The notes under the pieces: model-generated | What the model saw: the letters and a program-made list of their open reading frames with translations, nothing else | Databases searched by the model: none | What the model was told of the DNA's origin: nothing | Position numbers and translations under genes: made by a program | Source of the DNA: Candidatus Babeliales bacterium | GTDB taxonomy: Bacteria; Babelota; Babeliae; Babelales; UBA12411 | Direction: 5' to 3' | Assembly (NCBI GenBank): GCA_023128415.1 | Contig: JAGMEA010000030.1 | Span: 263 to 64,262, forward strand | DNA length: 64,000 bases | Shown here: positions 1 through 8,225 of the stretch, in pieces | Position numbering within the stretch: position 1 is the first letter of the stretch | Layout of the letters: each line of letters starts with the position of its first letter

Positions 1-1
1 A

Positions 2-259
2 AATAACAAGGCATATCGAAAACTAATGTTAGTCTATTTTGATGGAACTCATTCAAAAACATTTGAAGCTGTGTGTCCAGGAAAAATAGTACCGCCTAGA
101 AAATCCAAATCTCCTTCTTCATTTCCATGGAATGCCATTTTTATTCCTGATGGTAGTAATAAAACATCTGCTGAGATTTATGGAACCTCTGAAGAGGAAA
201 AATACAATCACAGAACTCAAGCCCTAAAAAATTTCTTAAAATGGTTTTTACAAAAATAA
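2..259 (+). CDS. 3' part of a RdgB/HAM1-like non-canonical purine NTP pyrophosphatase (5' end outside window)
   Basis: The frame is open from nt 2, with no stop before the listed ATG at 26. The C-terminal pattern FIPDGSNKTSAEI..EEKYNHRTQALKNF resembles the family C-terminus (P.G..KT.AEM..EKN..SHR..AL). The usual GFGYDP is divergent here (SFPWNA). Confidence 0.5.
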   Translation, partial: NNKAYRKLMLVYFDGTHSKTFEAVCPGKIVPPRKSKSPSSFPWNAIFIPDGSNKTSAEIYGTSEEEKYNHRTQALKNFLKWFLQK

Positions 260-343
260 TTTTTTTGTAGACATGTATAGTTTGGAATGCTAGAAACATT
301 TAATCACTAAAACAATTTCAAACTACAATTCTAAGAAATTTTT

Positions 344-1387
344 ATGAAAAAATTATACAAAGTTGTGCTGACATTACCGCTATATTTAATGCCTCGACCA
401 CTTTTAAATCTGACAACTGATAAATTCGTCCCTGATATTTATATCACTCATAAATCCGTAGAAGATAAAAAGTTGTTAGAAGAAATAAAACCTTTATTTT
501 TCGAACATTCACCTAAAGAGGCATTTTTAGAAAGACTTACTAGACGATTATCAAAAAAAATTAGTTTCTCTGGAAAAAATCGCAGCTTTGCTATTAGAGA
601 AAAAGCAAAAAAGGAATTTGGAGCTCAAGAACTCTACCTTCCGAGTGAAGATAAATATCTAATTTCATCTCTATATTTTAAAAGAGAAAATGCCCCGCTA
701 AATATTATTTATGTAACCGGATACTTTGAACAAGAAACTCCATTAAAAGAATGGGGAGCCCCTTTCGGAGTACTTTTCCCCGAATTTAATATTTTAACAT
801 TTGACTGGAGAGGATACGGAAATAGTAGTGGTAGTAAAAAACATTTTGGATCAAACGCATATAAAGATATTTTAACTACTATAGATTTTATGAGATCAGA
901 AAATGACAAGCCTATAATTTTGGTTGGTTTTTGTATGGGCGGAGCTTTGAGCCTTTACGCAACGATAAAGGCAAAAGAAGAAAAACGAAACGGTCCAGAT
1001 GCTATTGTATTAAACTGTCCCTTTACAGATTTTTTAAACATTATGCCAAGAGTAGCTCGGGAACCTGGCCTTACACCACTTCAATGGTTAGCATTAAATA
1101 GCAAAGCTATCTTTGATCTAAAATTAAAACAACTGAATGGAAATTTATTAAATCTTAATCCTAAAAAAATGGTTGAAAAGATTGATATCCCTTGTTATAT
1201 CGAACACTCTACGGCAGATAAAATGGTTCCAATAGAAGAAGGCATAAAAATATTTAAAAGTATAAAAACTCCACAAAAAATGTTTATGAAATCAGAAATT
1301 GGGCAACATGTACGCATACACACTTCTGTACCGTATCAATACAGAAATGCTTTTTTAACATTTCTGAAAAAATTTGATTTTTTATAA
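344..1387 (+). CDS. Alpha/beta hydrolase, dienelactone-hydrolase-like (Cys in the nucleophile elbow)
   Basis: 347 aa. FDWRGYGNSSG is followed by the nucleophile elbow VGFCMGG (G-x-C-x-G, as in GYCLGG of dienelactone hydrolase). Later HSTADKMVP and GQHVRIH could supply the Asp and His. Confidence 0.6.
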   Translation: MKKLYKVVLTLPLYLMPRPLLNLTTDKFVPDIYITHKSVEDKKLLEEIKPLFFEHSPKEAFLERLTRRLSKKISFSGKNRSFAIREKAKKEFGAQELYLPSEDKYLISSLYFKRENAPLNIIYVTGYFEQETPLKEWGAPFGVLFPEFNILTFDWRGYGNSSGSKKHFGSNAYKDILTTIDFMRSENDKPIILVGFCMGGALSLYATIKAKEEKRNGPDAIVLNCPFTDFLNIMPRVAREPGLTPLQWLALNSKAIFDLKLKQLNGNLLNLNPKKMVEKIDIPCYIEHSTADKMVPIEEGIKIFKSIKTPQKMFMKSEIGQHVRIHTSVPYQYRNAFLTFLKKFDFL

Positions 1388-1420
1388 ATTAAAAAAGACT
1401 ATTAAATTTCTTAAAATATA

Positions 1421-1457
1421 AACGCCTCCAGTTTTTTATTACAAATCTGGAGGCGTT
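1421..1457. terminator. Bidirectional stem-loop terminator between convergent genes
   Basis: 11-bp GC-rich inverted repeat: aacgcctccag (1421-1431) and ctggaggcgtt (1447-1457). It is flanked by A/T runs on both sides and lies between the + gene ending at 1387 and the - gene ending at 1476. Confidence 0.65.
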
Positions 1458-1475
1458 ATAAATTTTTTAATTAAT

Positions 1476-1913
1476 TTATTCTTCTGTTGATGCTTCGGCT
1501 TCTGCCTCTTCTTCAGCACCTTCTGCTGTTTCTTCGGAAGCTTTAATTTCTTCTGCTACTTCTGCCACAACCTCAACCATTTGAGATAGTTCAAATTCTT
1601 TTAAAACTTCGACTACTTCATCATGGTTATAATATAGTGCTACTTCTAAAGCTGTTTTCTCATGATTATTGTCTCTAATTCTTATATCGGCACCATGTGC
1701 TAATAAATATTTAACTAGCTCTACATGACCAGCTGCTGCTGCGCAATGAAGGGGTGTATAACCATGCCGAGTTGCAACGTTAACGTCTCCGCCATCATTT
1801 AACCAAGCTTCAATAGCTTCAACATTTCCTTTAGAAACTTCTTCATGCACTGCTAAACCCAACAAGCCGGATGAAATAAATAATCCCAACGACAATATAT
1901 AAGCTCTTTTCAT
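1476..1913 (-). CDS. Exported ankyrin-repeat protein with acidic C-terminal tail
   Basis: Ankyrin consensus GYTPLHCAAAAGHVELVKYLLAHGADI. I take the start at the internal Met (MKRAYILSLGLFISSGLLGLA, hydrophobic leader), which is preceded by AAAGGA. The ORF-track start at 1937 is probably too long. The tail is Glu/Ala-rich. Confidence 0.8.
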   Translation of the reverse strand: MKRAYILSLGLFISSGLLGLAVHEEVSKGNVEAIEAWLNDGGDVNVATRHGYTPLHCAAAAGHVELVKYLLAHGADIRIRDNNHEKTALEVALYYNHDEVVEVLKEFELSQMVEVVAEVAEEIKASEETAEGAEEEAEAEASTEE

Positions 1914-1984
1914 TAAAATTCCTTTCTGTAAATACATTTCATAAAATTGGTCGTCAGTGTACTCACAAAATACTGGCTTGTAAA

Positions 1985-2473
1985 CTACTTATTATTTAAA
2001 AATTCCTCTTCTATTTCTTTGACTCTAACAGATATATTTTCTAATAAATCTATCAACTTTTTATTACCCGATTCAATGGCTAAATCTAAAGCTGTTTTAC
2101 CCAAAATATTTTTTGCTAAAGGATTTGCACCCTTCCAAATTAAAAAAACTGCAACTCTATAATTGTTCTCTCTCACGGCCAAGTGCAAAGGTGTATTAAA
2201 AACACAGTTTTTTGAATTAACTTCTGCACCCTTTTCTACAAAAAGTGTTACTAATGGCAAATGCCCAAACTTGGCAGCATAATGCAATGGAGAAGCTAAA
2301 TAAGGCTTATCTTTCTCATTAACATCGTAACCATGCCTACTAATAAGAGCAAAAGCCTTAAAATACGATCCCTCAATAGCAGCCTCGTGCAATTTATTTC
2401 TAAATAATGAAGATTTTAAATTTGCCGAGAGCAATGGTAACACGAGCAAAAGCCCTATTAATAACTTTTTCAT
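1985..2473 (-). CDS. Exported ankyrin-repeat protein
   Basis: N-terminal leader MKKLLIGLLLVLPLLSA. Ankyrin repeats SPLHYAAKFGHLPLVTLFVEKGAEVN, NTPLHLAVRENNYRVAVFLIWKGANP and GKTALDLAIESGNKKLIDLL. AGGAAAGG lies upstream of the ATG. Confidence 0.85.
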   Translation of the reverse strand: MKKLLIGLLLVLPLLSANLKSSLFRNKLHEAAIEGSYFKAFALISRHGYDVNEKDKPYLASPLHYAAKFGHLPLVTLFVEKGAEVNSKNCVFNTPLHLAVRENNYRVAVFLIWKGANPLAKNILGKTALDLAIESGNKKLIDLLENISVRVKEIEEEFLNNK

Positions 2474-2503
2474 ACGCGCCTTTCCTAAATTCTTGAATCA
2501 ATA

Positions 2504-2660
2504 GTGACATCCTCACGGTAATAAATTACCGTGCATCCCAATTCTTAAATTGGAAATCGGCTCCTGCTTCATAGAGCCGACTTGCTTTTTCTTATTAGAA
2601 GAAAAAACCTTGGTCGATCTCTCCACAGGCTTAACTTCGGGTCTGCCCTTCCCTAGGGAC
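2504..2660 (-). ncRNA. Putative omega-RNA (reRNA) scaffold overlapping the 3' end of tnpB
   Basis: By analogy with characterised TnpB elements, the guide RNA scaffold is encoded by the last ~150 nt of tnpB plus the right end. Here the tnpB stop (TGA, 2513-2515) lies only 9 nt from the inferred right end. The extent is a guess and no structure was computed. Confidence 0.3.
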
Positions 2661-3778
2661 GCTCGTGTACGTGACACATTTTGTCCAATTTTTAAAATAT
2701 TTATTGCTGCATTTATGTCTCTGTCATGCATAGAACCACAGAGCTTACATCTCCAAGTTCTATGTTGTAATTTCAGCTCTTTGTTTACAGTTTTACAGGT
2801 ATTGCACATCTTCGAAGACGGTTCAAAGCGTCCTATTTGAACAAACGTTCTACCTCTCCATTCTGCCTTATACTTAATCTGACGTATAAACTCTCCCATA
2901 GCTGTATCTGCTATCGATCTTGCGAGGCAGTGGTTTCTCATCATACCTTTCACATGCAAGTCTTCTGCATAGATTACTTGGTTTTCGTTTATCAATGCAA
3001 AACTTGTCTCGTGAACAAAAGAACTTCTCTTGTTAGCTATTTTCTCATGAATTTTTGCTAACTTTAACTTTGACTTCTCTCTATTATTACTTCCCTTTTT
3101 CTTTCTAGCTAGCGACTTACTAGCTCTAGCCATCTTCTTTAATGACGTCTTCATAAATCTTGGATATAATATTTTTTCTCCATTGCTTGTTGTAACAAAG
3201 CTTGTTATTCCCAGATCTATCCCGATTTTTCCTCTTGCCTCTCCCATGGTCTTGGGTTTGGGAATATCTTCCCTTTTTACATCATACGTAATACTTGCAA
3301 AATATTTTCCCGTATATGTCTTTGTTATTACTATGCGCTTCGATTCGCCTACCAGTTCTCTATGCATTTTAATTTTTATACCAGATTTCAGTTTGGGAAT
3401 GTATAGAAACTTATTGTCCATTTTGGACTTCTTAATCGAAAAATGCTGTGGTATTGTACATGACTGCTTAGAGTTCTTCCTTTTAAATCTAGGCCTACCA
3501 TTTTGCTTTTTAAAAAACCTATCTCGAGATTTTCCTAGATTCAATGCTGCTTCCTGAAGACTTTGTGAATTAATCTCTTTTAGCCATTTCTTAGCAGATT
3601 TTAATTGCGGTATTTCTTTCTTTAGATCATTTATGTGTATTGTTTTCTTTTCTTTTTCGTATATTTCGTTACTTCTCGATAAGAGATAATTGTAAATGAA
3701 TCTTACCCCGCCAAACTGCTTTGCTAGGAACACCTCTTGCTCTTTTGCCGGGTATATTCGAAATTTACAACTCCACAT
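2513..3778 (-). CDS. tnpB: TnpB (IS605 OrfB family RNA-guided endonuclease)
   Basis: 421 aa. The N-terminus MWSCKFRIYPAKEQEVFLAKQFGGVRFIYN is typical of OrfB/TnpB. RuvC-like residues are in IGIDLGI, IYAEDLHV and HDRDINAAINI. The zinc finger is CNTCKT...CKLCGS. The C-terminal tail (KPVERST...GSMKQEP) has the pattern usually imposed by the overlapping omega-RNA. Confidence 0.9.
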   Translation of the reverse strand: MWSCKFRIYPAKEQEVFLAKQFGGVRFIYNYLLSRSNEIYEKEKKTIHINDLKKEIPQLKSAKKWLKEINSQSLQEAALNLGKSRDRFFKKQNGRPRFKRKNSKQSCTIPQHFSIKKSKMDNKFLYIPKLKSGIKIKMHRELVGESKRIVITKTYTGKYFASITYDVKREDIPKPKTMGEARGKIGIDLGITSFVTTSNGEKILYPRFMKTSLKKMARASKSLARKKKGSNNREKSKLKLAKIHEKIANKRSSFVHETSFALINENQVIYAEDLHVKGMMRNHCLARSIADTAMGEFIRQIKYKAEWRGRTFVQIGRFEPSSKMCNTCKTVNKELKLQHRTWRCKLCGSMHDRDINAAINILKIGQNVSRTRASLGKGRPEVKPVERSTKVFSSNKKKQVGSMKQEPISNLRIGMHGNLLP

Positions 3779-3865
3779 TACAATCTCGCCTAGTACAAAA
3801 TTTTACTTTACCTTTTGGTCACGAATATATTTTCTTACTATATTTTCCGATATGTGGTATCCAAT

Positions 3866-3895
3866 ATTATAAACAACAGTTCTATCGTATACCAA
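3866..3895 (-). promoter_or_regulatory. Candidate sigma70-type promoter for tnpB
   Basis: On the minus strand: TTGGTA (3890-3895), an 18-nt spacer, then TATAAT (3866-3871), about 90 nt upstream of the tnpB ATG. The -10 is mutated in the deleted copy (tctatttgat). Confidence 0.3.
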
Positions 3896-3927
3896 ATTAC
3901 TCATACACATACTATAAAAATTATGGG

Positions 3928-3999
3928 GATATGTTACAAGATAAACTTCGTTTAACTTATAACATATCGTCGCTTACATCACGGTTTTTAAAAACCGTG
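3928..3999 (-). repeat. Two subterminal hairpins in the IS left end
   Basis: Hairpin 1 is the perfect 20-nt palindrome cacggtttttaaaaaccgtg (3980-3999). Hairpin 2 has 13-nt arms gatatgttacaag (3928-3940) and cttataacatatc (3956-3968) with one mismatch. That mismatch is a proper pair in the second copy (tttgtaacatatc), i.e. the structure is conserved. Confidence 0.6.
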
Positions 4000-4033
4000 G
4001 ATTGCGCTCCGGATCCTAAAATTACCGATAGAG

Positions 4034-4074
4034 TATATACCTGAATCTTGTAATTAAAAAAGATTGAGAAAGCT
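4034..4074. repeat. Inverted repeat A flanking the fic gene
   Basis: tatatacctgaatcttgtaattaaaaaagattgagaaagct matches the reverse complement of 5461-5504. The identical cores are acctgaatctt and taattaaaaaagattga. Confidence 0.75.
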
Positions 4075-4102
4075 TTCCAGTGGAAGGAAAAGCTTCTTAT
4101 CA

Positions 4103-4126
4103 AAAGTTTAATTATAATTAAACTTT
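4103..4126. repeat. 24-bp perfect palindrome downstream of fic
   Basis: The halves aaagtttaatta and taattaaacttt are exact reverse complements. A second small palindrome, gttat-tacgcg-ataac, follows immediately. Confidence 0.7.
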
Positions 4127-4192
4127 GTTATTACGCGATAACATTTAATTGTTGAAGCCTTTATGAAAAAGGATTGGTTGTTGTTCACTTAT

Positions 4193-5302
4193 CTATTTTG
4201 TTAATTTTTCGTAGGACGGTGTTAATTTATATTTTCGGCTCTTTCGAGAGTAATCTTTGATCATAAGAAAGCCTTCATCTACCCATTTATTACATAAATT
4301 TGAACAGGCTCTGGCTTGAAGGCCAAAAAGCTCTCCAATTTGTTTTGAAGTTATGGTTTCAAATTCTTCAAATAAATCAAGTACTTTCCGCTGCCGAAAA
4401 GTAAGTTTACGTAATAACAAAGGAAGTTTAGTTGAAGAGTTTTGTTTGGTTGCCTTTTCTGCCTGTTTTTTAACATCTTCAAAAACTTGAACCATACCTG
4501 TACAAAAATATTCAATCCAGTTTGTTATATTTGCTTCTTCTCGTCCTAAATAATAGTTATGAGAAGGGCCTGCATTTAAGGCATCATAATAGTCTTCTAA
4601 GTTATTCGCATAGTATTCATCCAGGGAATAAATTCCCTTAAGTCCATATCCTTCTAGATGTAGAATTAGAGTTGCCAATAAACGAGCAACCCTACCATTT
4701 CCATCATAGTATGGGTGAATAGTAACAAACTGATAATGAGCAATGCTCGCGACAATTGGTTGTGGTAGATCTTTATTTTTATTTATCCACCTTACAAAAG
4801 ATTGCATTAAAAACTTTATATCTTTGGTTTCTGGTGGTAAATAAACAATTTTTCCTGTTAATCCATCTCTAATAACGTTTTGTCCATCTCTGTATGGGGT
4901 GGGTTTTACTTTAATTTTTCCATTATTCATAACAAGAGCATGCAAGGTTTGAATAATTTTTTCGTTTATTGTTCTTTTTTCAGAGACACATTGTTCTATA
5001 TAGTCTAAAGCTGCATAATATCCCCTAACTTCGCTGACATCTCTTTCTCTACCAGGAAAGGATTTTTTTTGCTTTAATACAGAGTTAATTTCTTCTTGTG
5101 TAAGTCGATTTCCTTCTATTTTAGTTGAATAGTAAGTCGAAACTAATTTTGCTGCTTTTTGTAAGTTTGATAGTGTTACATAGGGTATCTTGAGATTATC
5201 TATGATATGGCGGCAAATATCTATACGCATTAAAGCATTAGCTATTTTATAGGAAATAGAATAATTAGGTCTAAACTCTTTCGGCGTTTTATCGGCATTC
5301 AT
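4193..5302 (-). CDS. fic: Fic-domain protein (AMPylase-type) with N-terminal inhibitory motif and C-terminal winged-helix-like region
   Basis: Fic motif HPYYDGNGRVARL (HxFx[D/E]GNGRxxR). Inhibitory-helix motif STKIEGN ([S/T]xxxE[G/N]) lies upstream in the same chain. I take the start at the internal ATG 5302 (MNADKTPKEF) because ACGGAGGG lies 9 nt upstream. The ORF-track start at 5371 is probably too long. Confidence 0.85.
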   Translation of the reverse strand: MNADKTPKEFRPNYSISYKIANALMRIDICRHIIDNLKIPYVTLSNLQKAAKLVSTYYSTKIEGNRLTQEEINSVLKQKKSFPGRERDVSEVRGYYAALDYIEQCVSEKRTINEKIIQTLHALVMNNGKIKVKPTPYRDGQNVIRDGLTGKIVYLPPETKDIKFLMQSFVRWINKNKDLPQPIVASIAHYQFVTIHPYYDGNGRVARLLATLILHLEGYGLKGIYSLDEYYANNLEDYYDALNAGPSHNYYLGREEANITNWIEYFCTGMVQVFEDVKKQAEKATKQNSSTKLPLLLRKLTFRQRKVLDLFEEFETITSKQIGELFGLQARACSNLCNKWVDEGFLMIKDYSRKSRKYKLTPSYEKLTK

Positions 5303-5460
5303 CTGGTGGCCCTCCGTGAACCTATATTTACAATATGCCTTTATTATGCCAAGAAAATGCCGATAAGTCAAGAGATGTTTGACTAAATTGTCTACTAGCG
5401 TATAAATTTAGCTTCTGCAACTTTTTATTTTTTATATTTTTTCAAACTTCTTAATAAGAA

Positions 5461-5504
5461 AGCTCTTTCAATCTTTTTTAATTATTAAGATTCAGGTAGT
5501 ATAT
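5461..5504. repeat. Inverted repeat B flanking the fic gene
   Basis: agctctttcaatcttttttaattattaagattcaggtagtatat. Its reverse complement aligns with 4034-4074 at about 40 of 45 positions. Confidence 0.75.
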
Positions 5505-5522
5505 GAAAAATAAACAGCAGGG

Positions 5523-8096
5523 CTAAATTTGTTTTTTTAATTCCCATAAAATATCGAATGCCTTTTTAGGAGAAAGATCATCAAAATTTAAATTTTTTAA
5601 TAAATTTACAAAACCATCCTTTCTCTTTAACTCTTTTTCTAAAATGAAAACTTTTTCTTTCAACACTGAATCTGATTCAACGATATCTGTATGCAAATTT
5701 TTGTCTAAAACTTGGGAACTAGTTTCTAACATATGTAAAATATCACGTGCTCGATTTATCAACCCTGCCGGCATATTTGCCAACTTTGCAACATCTATAC
5801 CAAAACTTCCATTCGAAATACCCTGTTCAATCTTGTGCAAAAATACAATACCATCTTTCTTTTTCTTACACAGCATATGATAATTTTTAATTCCTGAAAA
5901 ATGATCTTTGAGATGAGTAAGCTCATGATAATGTGTAGCAAAAAGGCACTTAGATCCTATTTTCTCATAAATATACTCTATAACCGCTTGAGCAATTGCT
6001 AATCCATCAAATGTTGAAGTCCCTCTGCCAACCTCATCAAGAATTACTAAACTATTTTTAGTTGCATGACGACAAATTATTGAAGTTTCTTCCATCTCTA
6101 CTAAAAAAGTACTCTTTCCCTCTACCAAATTATCACCACTACCAATACGCGTAAAAATACGATCAATAAAAGGTAAGTTTGCTTCTTCTGCTGGAACCAA
6201 ACTCCCACATTGCGCCAAAATAGAAATCAGTGCAACTTGTCTTAGATAAGTAGACTTTCCTCCCATGTTAGGACCAGTAACAATCCACAACAATTCTTTA
6301 GAATTCAAAGTGGTATCATTGGAAACAAAACTGTCCAAACTTGAAGCAACAACTGGATGCTTTCCTCCCCTTATAGAAATTTCACCGGAATCGTTAAAAA
6401 CTGGCTCAATATAATTATTTTCATAAGCAACTTTAGCAAAACTATAAAGCCCATCTAAATACGCCAGTGCCCCGGCACAATGCCTCAAAAAAGAAAGCTT
6501 AGAATGAACTTGATCTTTTATTTGTTGAAAAACTTCTGCTTCTAAAGAACCTATTTCATTTTGCGCTTTAATGATTTCATTTTGTAGAGCAAGTAACTCT
6601 TCAGTAACAAAGCGCTCTCTGTTTGTTAAAGACTGTAAACGCTTATAATATTCTGGAATTTTATCTAAGTGTGTCTTTGTAACTTCAATGACATAACCAC
6701 TAACCTTGTTATAACGAATTTTTAAACTATTAATTCCAGTTTTTTCAATCTCCCTAGCCTCTAAAGCAATTAGTTCTTTTTGTGAATTTTCAACCAAGTT
6801 TCGAATTCTATCTAAGCTGGAATTAAAACCATACTTTACTATGTGACCGCTCGAAGAGCCTTCTTCTAAAGCATTTTCCAAAAGTGTTATTAAGGGATCA
6901 AAATTAATAAACCTGCTCAAAATTATTTTTATCAGATCTAGTTCTAAATATTTGGATAATAGATTTTTTATATAAGGTAAGATTTTAAGAGACTGTTTTA
7001 AGGCAATATAATCCTGAATCGGGGCTTTATATAACCCAATTCTGCCAACAATTCTTTCAAGATCAGAAAGCTCTCCAAGAAGTTCTCCAAGCTTTTGAAT
7101 AATATCAACATTGTTTTTAAAAGTTTTAACAACTTGTAAACGTTGAAGTATCGCTTTTTTTTGTAACAGAGGACGTGTAAGCCACTTAGTTAAAGTTCTA
7201 GATCCCATAGCCGTTTTTGAATGGTCTACAACAGAAAGCAAGGTATTTTTTCTACTACTATCGATGTTATTTCTAACAATCTCTAAATTTTTTTGTGTCG
7301 AAATATCTAAATATAAATAATCATCAGATTCATAAAATTGAATTGTTTTAAATTGTTCTAATGAAAATTTTTGTGTTTTAAATAAATATTGGTGGAATAA
7401 AAGAAGGGCATTTTTTATAACTGTTTTTTCTTTTAATTTTTCATTAATAGAGTTATCAAATGATTTATTAACCCATTGGTCCGAATTTTCTATATCTTGA
7501 AGAAAAGAGTCATTTGTAACCCAATAGCCATTTTTTTTAAAATAGGTCTCAAATTTTTGATCCGAAATAATAACCTCATCTGGAAAAAATCTTGCTAATT
7601 CCGATTCCAAAATTCTAAATTCACCCGCAGGAATAGTTGTTGCAAAAATTTGAGCAGTAAGCAATTCTCCAAAAACCAGCCCCCATTCCTTTTCTGAAGG
7701 ATAAAAGGCAAATAAATATGAAGCAGATTTATCGTCCATCATTTGAGCGTCTGTAAGAGTCCCTGGGGTATATACCCTAGTCACTCCTCTTTCAACAACC
7801 ATACCTGGCTTAGGCTCTGAAAGTTGATCACAAATACCTACTCTAAATCCACCCTTAACAAGTTTCTTAAGGTAATGATTTAAGGCATGTACGGGAATTC
7901 CGCATAGAGGTACGTCTTTGCCTTTGCATTTTCCTCGTTTAGTCAAGGCTATAGCTAAAAAAGCAGAGGCAATCTTTGCATCCTCAAAAAACAACTCATA
8001 AAAATCCCCCACCTGAAAAAATAGAAGAGTACTTGGATACTGCTTGCGAATATTAAAATATTGCTGCATTAGAGGTGTTAATTTTTCATCAGTCAT
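5523..8096 (-). CDS. mutS: DNA mismatch repair protein MutS
   Basis: 857 aa. N-terminal mismatch-binding region TPLMQQY...VGDFYELFFEDA, Walker A TGPNMGGKSTYLRQ, DEVGRGTSTFDG and THYHELT. Confidence 0.95.
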   Translation of the reverse strand: MTDEKLTPLMQQYFNIRKQYPSTLLFFQVGDFYELFFEDAKIASAFLAIALTKRGKCKGKDVPLCGIPVHALNHYLKKLVKGGFRVGICDQLSEPKPGMVVERGVTRVYTPGTLTDAQMMDDKSASYLFAFYPSEKEWGLVFGELLTAQIFATTIPAGEFRILESELARFFPDEVIISDQKFETYFKKNGYWVTNDSFLQDIENSDQWVNKSFDNSINEKLKEKTVIKNALLLFHQYLFKTQKFSLEQFKTIQFYESDDYLYLDISTQKNLEIVRNNIDSSRKNTLLSVVDHSKTAMGSRTLTKWLTRPLLQKKAILQRLQVVKTFKNNVDIIQKLGELLGELSDLERIVGRIGLYKAPIQDYIALKQSLKILPYIKNLLSKYLELDLIKIILSRFINFDPLITLLENALEEGSSSGHIVKYGFNSSLDRIRNLVENSQKELIALEAREIEKTGINSLKIRYNKVSGYVIEVTKTHLDKIPEYYKRLQSLTNRERFVTEELLALQNEIIKAQNEIGSLEAEVFQQIKDQVHSKLSFLRHCAGALAYLDGLYSFAKVAYENNYIEPVFNDSGEISIRGGKHPVVASSLDSFVSNDTTLNSKELLWIVTGPNMGGKSTYLRQVALISILAQCGSLVPAEEANLPFIDRIFTRIGSGDNLVEGKSTFLVEMEETSIICRHATKNSLVILDEVGRGTSTFDGLAIAQAVIEYIYEKIGSKCLFATHYHELTHLKDHFSGIKNYHMLCKKKKDGIVFLHKIEQGISNGSFGIDVAKLANMPAGLINRARDILHMLETSSQVLDKNLHTDIVESDSVLKEKVFILEKELKRKDGFVNLLKNLNFDDLSPKKAFDILWELKKQI

Positions 8097-8225
8097 TTTA
8101 ATCCTAATAAGCCACTCTAAAATAAACCAAAAGGCCCTTAAACAAAAGATAAATTCGGTGTATAATCCCTTTAATGTGGGGATTATTAAATTTAAAACAC
8201 AATTTCATAAAACAAAAGGTTAAAT

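Larger units (their letters stand above)
2504..4022 (-). mobile_element. IS200/IS605-family element carrying tnpB only (IS1341-like), apparently intact
   Basis: Boundaries were inferred by aligning to the second copy at 31325-31802. Homology stops at about 4022 (LE side) and at the shared 12-mer gtgacatcctca (2504-2515, RE side). It contains a full-length tnpB and two subterminal hairpins, with no tnpA. Confidence 0.7.

Noticed and set aside
3721-4044. 107-aa + strand ORF in the IS left end (and its counterpart at 31601-31852), considered as a possible tnpA
   Set aside because: There is no HUH or catalytic Tyr motif. It is on the strand opposite to tnpB, its reading frame is disrupted between the two copies, and its conservation is explained by it being IS terminal DNA with hairpins.
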